A DNA stretch of 64,000 nt from NCBI GenBank assembly GCA_040285855.1, contig JAUFOQ010000006.1:1302001-1366000 (forward strand), given 5' to 3'. Origin of the DNA: Eukaryota sp. GEM-RC1. Lineage: Eukaryota. Below the pieces are notes generated by a model. It was not told the origin of the DNA. It saw nothing but the letters and a program-made list of their open reading frames with translations, and did not search any database. Numbering within the stretch: position 1 is the first letter of the stretch; every line of letters starts with the position of its first letter. Made by a program: the position numbers and the translations under genes. This document shows positions 49,689 to 62,895 of the stretch, one piece after another.

Positions 49689-51200
49689 ATGTCTTCTGAA
49701 AAATCATGCTCCATTTGTACCGATTCCTTAAAACAATCTCTCTTGGGATGCTATGTTATCCCTCGTCTACTGAAAAAGCTCTATTCTGAAGAGTTCCAAC
49801 AGCTAACTCCAAGTAACTACCCGCTTTCTAAAACCGTCTTATCAACTTTCTCCTTATTTGGCAACGTTAGTCAGTTGTTCTATAAAACAACCTTTTGTGC
49901 CATCACAATGTTTCTCTCTAGAATCCCAATCGTCATTTCATGTGATCACCATATTCTAGACTTGGAGTTCGTTTCACATCATTTCAACCATTCACTGACC
50001 TCAACATGTATTGACTTGTATTTACCAACACGTGTTACACGTTCTCGAGATCCCACATTAGTTCGCAACTTCCCTTCATTTGGTTTGTCTCTCTGTTCTT
50101 AAGACTTCTCTTGACTTAAACAGAACCCCTCCTGAGTTCATTCAAATGCTTCCTCTCTTTCATAATCTTAGAACTCTCTCATTGTCTTTTGGATCGCCAT
50201 CACGTGATCTAATCACGTCAGCATTGGAAAATCTTCAGAATCTAAAAGAGCTCTTGCTAATACACTGCTCATTGGAAACGTCATCAACGGAAACGTCATC
50301 GTTCCTATCAAGATTGCTGCTTCGAGGAAACTTGTCAGTACTTAAGGTGTTTTCAGATAATGCACCTTATATTTCTTCCTTCATTTTTGAATCTCTTTCT
50401 AGAAACTGTCATTTGTTGGAATTACAATTGTGTCATACAAAACTTTCTTTTCAATGTTTCAATCACTTTTTAATTCATTGAGAAATACTACCTTTTTAAG
50501 AAAGCTATTACTTGTTGATTGTCTCCAAACTGAGTTTCTGACTGGTCAACAACTGAATATGGAAGGTTTGACTTCCAATCAATCTTTGATTAGCTTATGT
50601 TTTTCAAATACATTTAATGGTTACCGGTCAAACACTGGTTATTCTCCCGGAATTCCAGTGGAAATTTTAAATTCTCTTGAATTTAAAAATATTAAGGAAC
50701 TGTCGCTAAATTCAGTTTGCCCATCATTTATTGATTATGATGACGATTGTGATTATGACGACGATAATTGTGGTGTTCGACAATCCTTCTTTAGTGAGAG
50801 TCAATTTGATTCTATTCTGAGACTTATTTTAAATAATTCTTCAATAACTTCGTTAGATCTCAGTAATAACAAGTTCGCTTCTGACCAATTCCAAGGTCTT
50901 TGTAGTGTCTTGAAACTTAATTCTTAAAAAATTAAATTTCTGAATTAATTCTGGATGATCAAACTGTATAATAGCTGAAATTGAATTTATTGTGGACATG
51001 TTGAGTTGTAATTCATCAATTCAACATGTTGATTTTCAAGATTCTACTTTGCGATCTTTAGATTTGATTAGGTTAGCCGAATTATCACGGATTAGGAAGG
51101 TTTCTTTCAAATTTAATGACATGAGCCAAATGAGAGAACTTTCTTCTATAATCAGTGACTTTTAATCTGATTGATTAATTGATGTTTTCTGTTCATTTTA
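49689..51200 (+). CDS. LRR protein, multiply frameshifted (gene or pseudogene)
   Basis: LRTLSL, LKELLL, ITSLDLSNN repeats across three frames. Confidence 0.55.
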
Positions 51201-51500
51201 TAAAACAACACCCCCAACTATACCTACATTTGGTGACCAGTGTTTCTTTAAAGAAGATTTGGTGACATTCTTTTACAACAGATCTTTTCTTAAACAAATA
51301 TAGATGACAATCAAAACCATTAGATACTGTATTATAAAAAAACATAATGATACAGTTTTTAAAATGCAATATGGATTCGGAAATATTCACTCAAAACTCT
51401 CAAATTGGCTTCTATTTCATAGTTTTTTCTCAATAGTTTACTCTAAAAGAGATTTTGAGGATAGTGCTTTTTGAAGTACATTGTACAGTGTACTTCTTTT

Positions 51501-51590
51501 CAGTGAACGCTAACACGTAACAAAATTGAATCTAACACGTGTTAACACGCGTGTTACGTGTTAGGACGTGTTACGTGTTAGCGTTCACTG
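51501..51590. mobile_element. 90-bp hAT-type MITE
   Basis: 22-bp perfect TIR CAGTGAACGCTAACACGTAACA, perfect 8-bp TSD CTTCTTTT. Confidence 0.9.
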
Positions 51591-51763
51591 CTTCTTTTCA
51601 GTTTGTTGTATTATCATTACCACAATATACAGTTTAAGTTTCAAAAGAAAAATCGTCACAATACAAATTTATTAAAAATGTAAAATAAAAGCCACACAGA
51701 AAGGCGAATAATTGAATTTAGAATCAATATGAACACTAAAGATATTTTAAAAATGTAAACTGA

Positions 51764-53149
51764 TTAAGAAATCATAGAATGAGAATCAACCAGTTCAAAG
51801 AAATCTTCACTAATTGTTTGGTAGCGACTCATAAATTTTAAAAATTTGGTCTTAACAGAAGAATTAACTAAATACTCAATGTTCGTGATCTTATTCCCGA
51901 CAAAAATTAAATAATTCTGTAAATTTTCAATAGAATCACGAAGTGCATTTGGACTGCAAGGATTCGGTACCACGGCAAGCTTGGACACGATATCTCCACA
52001 GCGGTCCTTTAAAACATCTAAATCATGTTCAAATTCATCCAGAATTTTTAAAAATACTGGTGAGGGAAGATTCACAGACAACATCTGATCTAAGATTAAC
52101 AAAAATTCAAAATTTTAAACATACTATCTTTGATAAATCCGACACTTTCTTTTTAATCCAGATATTTCTGAAGAAATCCACCTTGAATGTTCCATTAACA
52201 CCGACACCCGCAGTTTAACTTCTTTACAATTCTGAACAAGAGACTTTGACTGGATTGCCAAGGAAGCAATAGGATTTGAAGAAGAAAATAGGTTGGAGGA
52301 GAGCAGCTCTTGAACGTTGTCTTTTGAAGTGATGGACTTGGTTAAAGTTTGATGTTTCTTGATATGTTTGTTTAGCTCTTGCAGCTGAGATTTGAGGTCG
52401 TTGGGTAGATCGGAGAACTTAGTGGTTTCTGAGAAGTGGTGGTAAGCAGGGAAGTACTGTGTAATTGGTTGGGTAGGGGTGGGGGCGCTGTAAGAAGAGG
52501 TGCCAAACCCACTAAAGCTCGGTGTGGGCTGAGTGGGTTGAGATTGTCCAAAGAGCGAAGGTTGAGTTGTGGTATTTGATGATCCACCAAAAGAAAACGA
52601 TGGAGTTGAAGTAGTTCCTGAAGGTTGAATTGTGGTATTTGATGATCCACCAAAAGAAAACGATGGAGTTGAAGTAGTTCCTGAAGGTTGAGTTGTTGTA
52701 TTTGATGATCCATCAAAAGAAAACGATGGAGTTGAAGTAGTTCCTGAAGGTTGAGTTGTGGTATTTGATGATCCACCAAAGGAAAACGATGGAGTTGAAC
52801 TAGTTCCTGAAGGTTGAGTTGTGGTATTTGATGATCCATCAAAAGAAAACGATGGAGTTGAAGTAGTTCCTGAAGGTTGAGTTGTGGTATTTGATGATCC
52901 ACCAAAGGAAAACGATGGAGTTGAAGTAGTTCCTGAAGGTTGAGTTGTGGTATTTGATGATCCACCAAAGGAAAACGATGGAGTTGAAGTAGTTCCTGAA
53001 GGTTGAGTTGTGGTATTTGATGATCCACCAAAGGAAAACGATGGAGTTGAACTAGTTCCTGAAGGTTGAGTTGTGGTATTTGATGATCCACCAAAGGAAA
53101 ACGATGGAGTTGAACTAGTTCCTGAAGGCTGACCAAAAGAAAAAGACAT
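51764..53149 (-). CDS. FG nucleoporin Nup58/Nup49-like
   Basis: FSFG repeats, TKFSDLP..L...I, LPSPVF...FE coiled coil; 35-nt intron 52090-52124 (GTATGT...TTAG). Confidence 0.72.
52557..53128 (-). repeat. Nine near-identical 63-bp coding tandem repeats (QPSGT(T/S)STPSFSFGGSSNTTT)
   Basis: Direct inspection. Confidence 0.95.
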
Positions 53150-53533
53150 GGGTGATTAGTGTAGGAAAATCTTTGTGAAAATTGTAAAAGTGGAAGACTT
53201 TTGATCAGGGAAAAAACACAAGAAAACAACAAATAATAAAACTACAAAACATTATTCAGTACCCAATAAGGTAACATTCCTACAAATCTATGAAATTGTA
53301 AAAACAAACAAATAATACTAAGATTAAATCCAAATGACTTCATCCCCATCCGGTTAACATTTGCGTTGTTTCGTTCAATGCACAGATATTTTAATTCAAT
53401 TTTAGGTAAGTTGTTCGGTGATGGACAGAAGGATCATAGTTTAGATACTTTAGTTAGTGTCTGTTAGTAAAAAAAACGGATTTATGTGCGGAGAAAAACA
53501 CATAATAAGTTAAGTACAAATAGATAAACACTA

Positions 53534-54088
53534 TTAAAACAAATTATCAAACGAACTACCTAATTCCGAAAAGTAGTTGCCTCCAAACAACTTGGACAAA
53601 ATGGAATCAACATATCTATACATAGACCTAAAAATCGAAAAAGCAAATTTACTCTTCCAGTACGATCTGTTAAACTTTTTGCCAAGTTCTGAACACAAAT
53701 TTTCAAATAAACTTAAAAACTCCTTGGTAGAAGAACCGAAATTTCCGTACAATGAAACTGCAAAAGGCTGAAAGACGATATTATTGTGTCTTCGTGAATT
53801 CAATGCAGCAACTTGATGTCCATACTTAGACACTTTGGCGTTCTCAGCGTCTTTCAGCGGATCATTTGAGGGATTCAAAATGTTGGCAATAGCTGAAGCT
53901 TTGCAAGGATCAACGGTCGTAAAATCAACAACAATTTCTTGGCATGACAACCAAGGGCCAATAAAACCACCACGTTTCTGAGTAGAATCAGGGTGATCTG
54001 AAAGATGAGAAAGTAATGGTTCGACTTTGCCATGGAAACCATTTGCCTTAAACATTTCCAAACATGTATCTCGAAGACTGTTGTGCAA
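53534..54088 (-). mobile_element. RLE retrotransposon 3' fragment
   Basis: HNSLRD, VEPLL, VVDFTTVDP, AENAKVSKY, PFAVSLYG, WKSKFAFSIFR. Confidence 0.82.
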
Positions 54089-54429
54089 AATTGAACGACA
54101 ATATATGAACTTAGTCTGTTAGTTATTAACTTCTGCAAATGCATTTATTTCACTGACTGATCATAAACCCCGTTTTATTCCCCATCCGGTAAAAGATTAC
54201 CTTTTTCAACATTAACCTTCACACCAAACTTGTACAATTTCTCAATTAATCGAGAGAAATAGAAACGCATATTCCGATATATGGAAAACACTGTACGGTA
54301 TTTCCATTCAGCCATTCTAAACTTCCGCTTCTTTTCTTTACACAGTTCTTTGAAATCCTTGAAAAATTGATCACCATCATAATGTTATTGTACTTATTGC
54401 AATATATTATATTATATATTATTTATATT

Positions 54430-55160
54430 TTCTTGGAAGCAAAATATGCGTCTTCGTTTAGGTTTATTCCCTAGTGGTTTGCTAAATAATTCAATCTGTG
54501 TTTGCGATAACCGAGCTACAGCCACATTTCGTCATGTTGTTAGTTGCAAGAAATTTTTGCAATTTCGACCTGTTCTACATAACGCTATTCGTGACGTTAC
54601 TTATGAAATGTTCAAATCCTACAATTATAGTTGTAAAATTGAACCTCTTCTGAAACATTATAGCGACAATAACGTGTTTGATTCTCGGCGTGGTGACTTA
54701 ATTGCTCCTTTCCTGGATTCATCTCAAGTTGTGGTTGATTTTACTACAGTTGACCCGTTTGCAAAAGTCTACCAAGACTCCATATTGAATGATTCGAATG
54801 GTCATCTGGAAAAGGCTGAACAACGAAAGTGTTCAAATTATGCGGATGCTTTGCAGAAGCTTAATGAAAATCTATATTCAAAGTTTTCATTTGTTCCATT
54901 TGCCATTTCAATTTTTGGAAATATTGGTCCAGCCGGTTTAAAGTTAATTAGTGATTTTAGTCTTTTATGTCGTTCTAATGGCAAGGTGTTTAATAGCGCT
55001 GTATGGATTAATCGAATTATGTTCGCTCTTTATAGAAGCATTCTCAAGTATTTATGTTCCATTTATTCGAAGTTGTATAGGGACAATTCTCGTGTTGATG
55101 TGGAGAATTTAACTTCTTTCATTTTCTGAATTAGTATGTATTAATTTATTGTTGCAAATA
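54430..55160 (+). mobile_element. RLE retrotransposon 3' fragment, next to a hAT right end (TIR-like CAATATATTTTTTCCAATCCCTG, ~55182-55204)
   Basis: MRLRLG, CVC...HVVSC...HNAIRD, RRGD, VVDFTTVDP, AEQRK, PFAISIFG. Confidence 0.85.
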
Positions 55161-55566
55161 AACTCTTTACTATTGCAGTAACAATATATTTTTTCCAATC
55201 CCTGCCACTGAGACTACATGTAATTAATGTCACCGTTGTAGTAGTTTGTATATGGTTAAGTTAATTTATGACACAAACTATTTGTACACATGTTGTACTA
55301 ATTTACTGCAAAAATTGGAGCATACTTGTACTTCTACAGGATTGGATTCCACCAGGCTTTTTCCAATACAGTCCTACATGCTTCATCTTCAAAGTACTTT
55401 TCTTTTATTGATGGTATTCGTGTTCTTTATTGTTAATTGTACATAACAGTTTTTTGACTTTGATTGGCATTGTTCACCATTTAAATCATTTCTTCAACAC
55501 CACTGATACTGAAACACCAACAAATTCGTCAATCATGACTTTCAAAAATGATTTTACACTCTTTTA

Positions 55567-56274
55567 ATGATGGCTGTTGTCCCACTAAAGAGTACCGTTC
55601 CTCGTTTTTCTCAATTGTTCTGGTCTATCCCATTACTACTATGTACACTAGTCTTTCAGTTTCTTATACCACTCCCTTTACGAGATTTTGATGTCAATGA
55701 CTTCACTATCTCTCACAAACATGTTCCTGAAACTGTTTCTCCAACTATTTTGATCATTGTAGCTACTCTTTCTTTTGTGATTGTGTTTTACATGTCATTT
55801 CGCAAACAACAACTTCTACCACGTATATCATCTGGTTGTATCGCCGTAGCTTTCTCTTACTCCCTAAACTTGTTCGTCGTCCACTTCTTCAAGGCTCTAG
55901 TTGGCCGTCTACGTCCTGACTTCTTATCAAGATGCGCTCTTGTTGATGGAGAATGTACTGGTGTGGCCTTGTTGATACGTGAGGGTCGTCTATCCTTCCC
56001 CAGTGGACATACAGGTACAGCCTTCCATTTTGCTTCTTTCCTCTGTTTCATTGTGGACTCTAGTTTTGGTCTAAATTACAAGAACTCCTTTGTACCACCT
56101 AATATTATTGCTTTCCTTCCTCTAGTGTTTGGCGCTTCTTTTGTTGGTGTAAGTAGGATTACTGATTACAGACATCACGTTTCAGATGTTGTCGTTGGAG
56201 GTCTGATTGGAATCATTACTGGTTATTACGGATTCTTTTGTTCAGGTCAAATGGATATCCTGAGGATGAATTAA
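55567..56274 (+). CDS. PAP2-family lipid phosphate phosphatase
   Basis: KALVGRLRP, SFPSGH, SRITDYRHHVSDV. Confidence 0.93.
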   Translation: MMAVVPLKSTVPRFSQLFWSIPLLLCTLVFQFLIPLPLRDFDVNDFTISHKHVPETVSPTILIIVATLSFVIVFYMSFRKQQLLPRISSGCIAVAFSYSLNLFVVHFFKALVGRLRPDFLSRCALVDGECTGVALLIREGRLSFPSGHTGTAFHFASFLCFIVDSSFGLNYKNSFVPPNIIAFLPLVFGASFVGVSRITDYRHHVSDVVVGGLIGIITGYYGFFCSGQMDILRMN

Positions 56275-56784
56275 AAGGGTTTATGCAAGAAGAACTTAAT
56301 AGCACCAAGCAAAACGTAATAGTCTGAGTCAATCAATCAATTTTGATGGATTTCGTTTTCTTTTAGTATTTCTTTTCATTTTAGTGTTTTTATTTAATCC
56401 ATTTGGTGTATCTTTTAGACCACTATTTTCAACAGTTTTAATGTCATTTAGTACTATTATTTATAAACTATTTTAGTTTCTTTAGTTTTTCTCTTTCTTC
56501 GCCGTGAAATCGACAAAATCGATTCGAACACGTGTTACCGTCCACTGTTTCTTCGCGTTTTGTAGTACAAACCTTTTACAGAACCGAACCGTACATGTAT
56601 TCTATAATAACGTACTGTAACTATGTTTGACTTTTGGTTCTAAAATCATTTTGGAAACGTGCGAGAATCACTTTGGGCATTGTTATCGTGTGCCAATTCA
56701 TGTGCAAACTCTAATTCTTACTTCTTTTTGAGTCGGTGTTTAATTAACGAAGTTGTTCAAGAAGGTACAGTTTTTTCCAAAAAA

Positions 56785-57400
56785 CTATACCTTACTAGTA
56801 GGAATTGTTTTAAACATTGTAAAAACAATACGATTCAACCAAAACTTGAAATCAAATTTCTTGTTCATTCTTTCTTTGACAACTTTGTCAAAATCAGAGA
56901 GAAAACAGAGAGCATCTTTACCAAGTCGACCATAAATTGAAATGGCGAAAGGACATAATTTGTTCTCAACACGTCTAATATGTTTGAGAGCAGTCAAGGG
57001 AACAACATATTTGTTTCTCTTGTATTGTTCTGAAAAATCAAGTGGAGAAACTTCATTTTTGCATCCTAGTCCTTGAATGCATTTTTTTCTGCAAACATCC
57101 ACAGTACTCACATCAAAAACCGTTAGTTCATCATTGACTGATGGAACTATGACATCAGCTCTTCTTTTACCAAAAGTCTTGTCAGAATCACTATTGTTTA
57201 AATTATTGAACTTTTTCGGTACCCAAAAATGTAACCTTCCTACAAACTATGAATTTGCAAAAACAAACAAACAATACTAAGATTAAATCCAAACGACTTC
57301 ATCACCATCCGGTAAAAGATTACGTATTTAAACATCTACAATTTCTCAAGTAATCGAAAGAAATAGAAAGTCATATTCCGATAAATGGAAAACACTCTAA
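56785..57400 (-). mobile_element. RLE retrotransposon 3' fragments of two families
   Basis: GKRRAD, YKRNKY, YGRLGKD; 57218-57400 matches 53258-53355 and 54178-54292. Confidence 0.78.
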
Positions 57401-57852
57401 TTGAATTACTGAATGTGTTTTAAACTGCGGATAAAACTGTAGTAAGTGCACGACAAAATAGCAAACACTCCAAAAAACAATGCATTGAGCAAGTTGGTCG
57501 AGTGGAAAGTAAATAGATCAATCTTTTCCAATTTCGGATCAAGCTGATCTACAAAAGGAGGTAACTGTAGAAAGGGGAAACTATTTATGAATCAAATCAC
57601 AAATAAAGAATCCTAATACCAAAGGGATCAATCATTTATAACTTAAGAAAATGATTGGAGGGTAATAAGAAACAGAGAAAACTAAGAGTGAATTCGAAAA
57701 AGTAATATAGGAGTGTACTTGAAAGGACAAAATTCCTACATCAGAATCACGGAAAACTAGAAAACATCTAGAAGAAGAATCTTCATCATAGATTTGCCTA
57801 ATATCTGGCAGAATTAAAATTTTAAAATTTTCAATAGAAACATCACGTCACC

Positions 57853-59574
57853 TCACTTCATTTTCTCGGTTTGATTTAGCTGTTTGATGGAAACGTCATC
57901 TAGCGGTAGAGGACGTTGACCGTCAACCATTTCCTTCCAGTAATTAAAGAGTTTTATGTAAAGTTTTCTGTTCGATGAAGGCAGTACCACGGTGAAGTCA
58001 CACATGTTTGAAACAGCTTCCCTATAACATTCGAATATCTTCAACGCCATGGACCCAAGGACACAAGCTCCAACGGAAGCTGAAGCATTAACATTAAGAA
58101 GGACAGTTATACCTGTAATGTCTGCTACACACTGAGCAAATAGCAGTAGAAGTTCAAACTCCACATCTGGTAGAGGACAAACTAATGAAAGAGTTTCTGG
58201 AGGATCAAGTTCCATTTGCTCCAAACAAAAGAACATTCTGTATACACAAGACTCTAGGTAGGCTCGTTTAACCTCATTTTCAGTATAATGTAAGTGATCA
58301 TCGTCTGGTACACAGGAAACGTACGCTTCTCTGACAGGACTTATCACTTTTGAACTAGAATACTCTGGAATGTATAAAAGTCCTCGTGACCCTGGTGGTG
58401 AAGTTGTTAAAGAATTTAGCAATGTGCTAGTGTAGTTAAAGATCTCACTTGATGACATTGGAGAGGTTTTCTTCGTAGTGGACAGTGACAAACACGAGGC
58501 CGATCGAAACTGTAGGACATCATTCATCTTGAGAAAAAGTGCTGCTGCATCAATAGAGGACGGATCTAGAGGGTTTCTTCGAATCAGAACGTCATGAGAC
58601 GACGGATCGGTGAAGAATAACTGTTGTTCTAGAAGTTCAAGCTTAGTACAAGCTAGTATTGAGCCATGATTCACAGAAGGGACAGCCCTGAATCTGGTGG
58701 AAAAGTTAGGGTTTCTGACAGTGGTTGAAATGACATTGGCATAGGAAATTGACTCGTTGAATTGAAGTAATCCTTGTTCAGGTAGAGTACATCCTACGGC
58801 AACACTCATACATGAATTGGTATCAGCTCCAACAACTATTAAAGCTGTAGGTTCAAACCCGCATTGGTTTATCATGATATCAGTAATTTTACCTGCAATT
58901 GCATGAGCATCGTAAATATCGGGCATAACAGAGGTAGAAAGACCCAGTTGTTGTAGTTGAAGCTCATCCCATGAGTTTAGTCCTACTTTCCATAAGCCTG
59001 TCGAGAATGCATCTGAAACTGAAGTAACAGCAGTCCCACAGAAAGCAAATCGGAAGTAATCGCAGACTGTGATCAATCTACCGATCTTATCGGAAGTGAG
59101 ATCGGGATCGAGAGCTTGGAGGAGTTGAAAACGATGTAGATGAGCTGGGATGTCGAAAGATGTTGATTCAGAGAAGATTACATCAGACATGACATCATTC
59201 TCTTTATTCAGAAGAACAAGAGAATGTGAGTCTCCAGAAATGCAGATAGCAATAACACGGGAGAGTATTTGGCGATTTGGTATGTGGTTCAAAGCACTTT
59301 TAAATGAGTTGAAGATGTCAGGGATTGTCTGTGTGTAAATAAATGAAGAACCACGGGGATTTGACACTTTAGAAGTCGCTGTCAGACGAAGCTCGATGGA
59401 GGAAGACGTACCAATACTGCAGAACAAAAGCTCCATGGAACCGCAAGTAACATGGATACTGAGGATGATGGGAGAAGAACACGAGCATAATAGTAGATCG
59501 CATGAGCGAGGATCATGTGCAGGTATCTTGATTGGTGATGACCCCCGAGATAAAGACTTTTTGGGGCGGGCCAT
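57853..59574 (-). CDS. Divergent FGGY carbohydrate kinase (xylulokinase-like)
   Basis: ICISGDSHSLVLL, TSVSDAFSTGL, VVGADT, PPGSRGLLYIP, RAYLES. Confidence 0.75.
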   Translation of the reverse strand: MARPKKSLSRGSSPIKIPAHDPRSCDLLLCSCSSPIILSIHVTCGSMELLFCSIGTSSSIELRLTATSKVSNPRGSSFIYTQTIPDIFNSFKSALNHIPNRQILSRVIAICISGDSHSLVLLNKENDVMSDVIFSESTSFDIPAHLHRFQLLQALDPDLTSDKIGRLITVCDYFRFAFCGTAVTSVSDAFSTGLWKVGLNSWDELQLQQLGLSTSVMPDIYDAHAIAGKITDIMINQCGFEPTALIVVGADTNSCMSVAVGCTLPEQGLLQFNESISYANVISTTVRNPNFSTRFRAVPSVNHGSILACTKLELLEQQLFFTDPSSHDVLIRRNPLDPSSIDAAALFLKMNDVLQFRSASCLSLSTTKKTSPMSSSEIFNYTSTLLNSLTTSPPGSRGLLYIPEYSSSKVISPVREAYVSCVPDDDHLHYTENEVKRAYLESCVYRMFFCLEQMELDPPETLSLVCPLPDVEFELLLLFAQCVADITGITVLLNVNASASVGACVLGSMALKIFECYREAVSNMCDFTVVLPSSNRKLYIKLFNYWKEMVDGQRPLPLDDVSIKQLNQTEKMK

Positions 59575-60229
59575 TATGCCGGTAAGAGGACGGATGCCGG
59601 GAAAGCTTTATTTTTTTGGGAAAGTTTTTTTGAGTACATCCCCTCACTCCCGAGTTACCGTAATTTTTGTAAACGCAATCCTATTATTCTTATAACACAT
59701 CACATCTCACATCTGGTCAAGATTTACGGACACCGAAGATCAACTCTTCAGAAGACGTTCGCGTTCGTGCCATAACAACGTTCCTTTCGTGCTCTAGTAC
59801 ACAAAAACAAGCTGCACAGCACTATTTAGTGAGCCAGTCCACGATTTTACCAATTCCCCCACACACCCAATTCCCACCAACTCTTTTTTACTTATGGGAT
59901 ACACTTTTGAGATGCTCTGGGACTCAAGACTCTACTTAACGAGCATGTCTATCCACGCTTCGGAAGGCACCAAAGTGATGGCTGTTTGGTCCTATCTCTG
60001 GATGGGGGAGAACCATCTTTCTTTCTTCCTTGTCTCGCAAAGTACGATCTCTCGCTGGATAAACAGTGCATATACTCCTTCTTCTGATAATCTTTCATCT
60101 TCTCATTCTGACCGTCACAAGCTGAAAGCATATGTCGACTTGGAAATCTTGATTGATTATGTTTTTCTTTAGTTCATAAAGTTAAGTCACTTATGCAAGT
60201 CTATTGTCACTATCTATTGTCTTTTAGTT

Positions 60230-60395
60230 GTTACAAGATGTGTAACACAAGATTTGTTTTACAAGATGTGTTTTACAAGATGTGTAACACAAGATTTATA
60301 ATGCAACATTTGTAATACAAGATGTGTTTTACAAGATGTGTAACACAACATTTGTAATACAAGATTTGTAACACAACATTTGTAATACAAGATGA
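60230..60395. repeat. Degenerate tandem minisatellite (ACAAGATGTGT/ACAAGATTTGT/AACATTTGT units)
   Basis: Direct inspection. Confidence 0.85.
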
Positions 60396-62895
60396 AACTA
60401 TCAAAATTACCTATATTGTCCAATCTTTTCAAAATTAAATATAATTCAAATAAAACACACATACCAGTCTTTTCATCATTTTTCAAATATTCTTTCAAAA
60501 CATGAAATAATTCCACAAGCACATCACTACAATAACGTTCATCAACATTATCCCTATTAATCACATCGGTAATGTAACAGTTTCTTATTGTTTTCACTTC
60601 CATACTTGATGCAGATTCAGATCCAATACAATCTAGTACATTATCGACAATTGACTGAATTCCAATAGTTAAGTCAACTCTCAATTGTTTTGAAGTAGCA
60701 ACACGATCATACTCCAAAATAGGAGACAATGATATTGTTTCATAATTCACATTGTCAGTTTGTTGATATTCACATATGGAATCACATTGGTCATTTTCAA
60801 CAATACTTTCAGTCTGAACTTCCTTGAGACAAAATCGTTTTTCATCATCAATAAGAGGAAACACTTGGGAACTTTTTCTTTCTACACCAGCATTAATATT
60901 CTTTTGTAGAAGGAAATTCTTCGTTGGTAAAGGGGTTTTCTTCAAACGAGGGAGCGATGGTAGAGTACTGTTGCCTCGTGGTAATTGAGGAAGTTTACAC
61001 TTTTTCACACAAACCTCTGGAGAATTTTTGTTAAAAATAGAGTCACAATTAATAAATTTGGGAGGAATATTAGTTTCATCTTCTTCAAGTTCATCATTTA
61101 CAACAAAATCATCTAAACTTGTTGAAATTGTATCACTGTCAGATTCATCACCAGAATCGGATCCTGATAGTAGTGCTTCTGTTTCAAATAAATTTGATTT
61201 TTCGAAATGATTTTTGTCCAAGTCAATAATTTGATTATCATTATTTTCAATAATTTGTTCATCAACATTATCAACAATAACTTCATCAACAACTTCATCA
61301 ACACAATGAACATCTTCAGGAACAACAACATCATCCATAATTGGTTCACTCGATTCTGCACAAAAGTTTACAAACAATGAATCAAAATGATTGAAATCTC
61401 GTTGAAGACGATGTTGATTTCCCAAAACATACAAATCAATAGTGGATGGCTTAACAGGATGAAAAGTTGAATAATACCATTGATACAATTCCAAATTTGG
61501 TACTGGATAACTTCTTCCAATGCTTAAAATCTTTAAACTCCTCCAAGACCTAACCCTACTTAAAGTCACATAAAGTTGGGCATATTCCCAAAACTGGATA
61601 GCAACTTCAATCCCGTCAATTGTTAAACCTTGGGATCGATGCACTGTTATCGCCCAGCAAGGTCTTAGCGGAAACTGAATTCTTTTCGCCACTTGAACAG
61701 GTCTTCCGATTTCGTTCAAGTGTTCGATAGCAAACCTTGACTGACTGATTCTTTTCGGTTCTGCTTCAGCGTTGAACCGAACATCAATATATGTATCTGA
61801 AAAATTAACAATAACTCCTTTTGAACCATTAACTAGTCCAAGTTCAGGCTTATTTTGAGTGTACATCACTTGTCCACCCAAAACGCAGTCTAGTTTTTTT
61901 CAGCAAAGTCATCCAAGCGACTTGTCAGGACGGAAGTTTCAATGTCATAATATTTTTCCAAATTAGATTCATTGACTGGAAATCTACAACTTCTTTTTCT
62001 AATTTGAGATTTTAATTCAGATTCATTGAATTTGTCAACAGCTACAAATTCAATTGAATCTGAATTTTGGCCAGAATTTTGAATTGTTTCAAATTTTCTC
62101 TAGCAACATCAGTATTCTTTCCGTATAAAATTGTTTGGTTTTCAACAGATTCTGCTGTTTCGAAATGAGTACGCAGAATTGATTTCATAAAATTATCTAA
62201 CAGACCCAATCTCAATTGATTTAGAAAATTAAAAAATTGTGAGTCTGATTGTTGCCGAATACTTCCAGCCAGTTCACAATATTTAAAATTTAAATTGTTC
62301 CAAGCTCTTGATGAAAAAGCGAAATCTGAAATTACCACTTTTCGATTTCCTTTTCCATCAAGACTTTTCTAACAGGGGCTAATTGAAGAAAGTCCCCAAA
62401 ACAAATTATCTGAATTCCTCCAAATGGTTTCTTCGGGGAGTGACATTTTTGCGTGTGCATAAGTTCGCTCAAAATGTCACTCGCCCGTTGAAACAATTTG
62501 GAGGACAACATTGAAATTTCATCAATGATCAACATTGAATTTCTTGCTGTAATTTTTTTTAACAAAATTTTGACATTTGATGGCATACATTTGATAACAT
62601 CATGTATGGATTCTTCTTCTTTCATAAGCTTATAACCAAACAGTGAGTGTATGGTCTGTCCACCAAAAACAGTTGAGGCAACCCCAGTTGTTGCAGTGAA
62701 GAAGATTTCACCATTAGCACGCATGAGACGAGATCCAACGTTACTCCACCAGTTTTTGAGAGCATGTAAAAGATAAGATTTTCCTGATCCTGCACCGCCA
62801 GTGACAAAGAAGTTGCGTCTGCTGGTAGTGATTGCGTTAAAGATCTCACGTTGGTCATCTGTGAGATTGATGTTGTGTATAGTGGTTGGTGGCAT
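60259..62895 (-). CDS. PIF1-family (SF1B) helicase with long acidic C-terminal extension, frameshifted; probably transposon-borne
   Basis: TGGAGSGKS, ATTGVAS, TIHSLFG, IIDEISM, FGGIQIICFGDFLQLAPV, LVNGSKG, QFPLRPCWAITVHRSQGLT, QLYVTLSRV. Confidence 0.88.

Noticed and set aside
52557..53128. CRISPR-like regular repeat array
   Set aside because: No unique spacers; these are in-frame coding repeats of an FG nucleoporin
52372..53232. 286-aa repetitive ORF (LQELLQLHRFPLVDHQ)
   Set aside because: Alternative frame of the nucleoporin repeat
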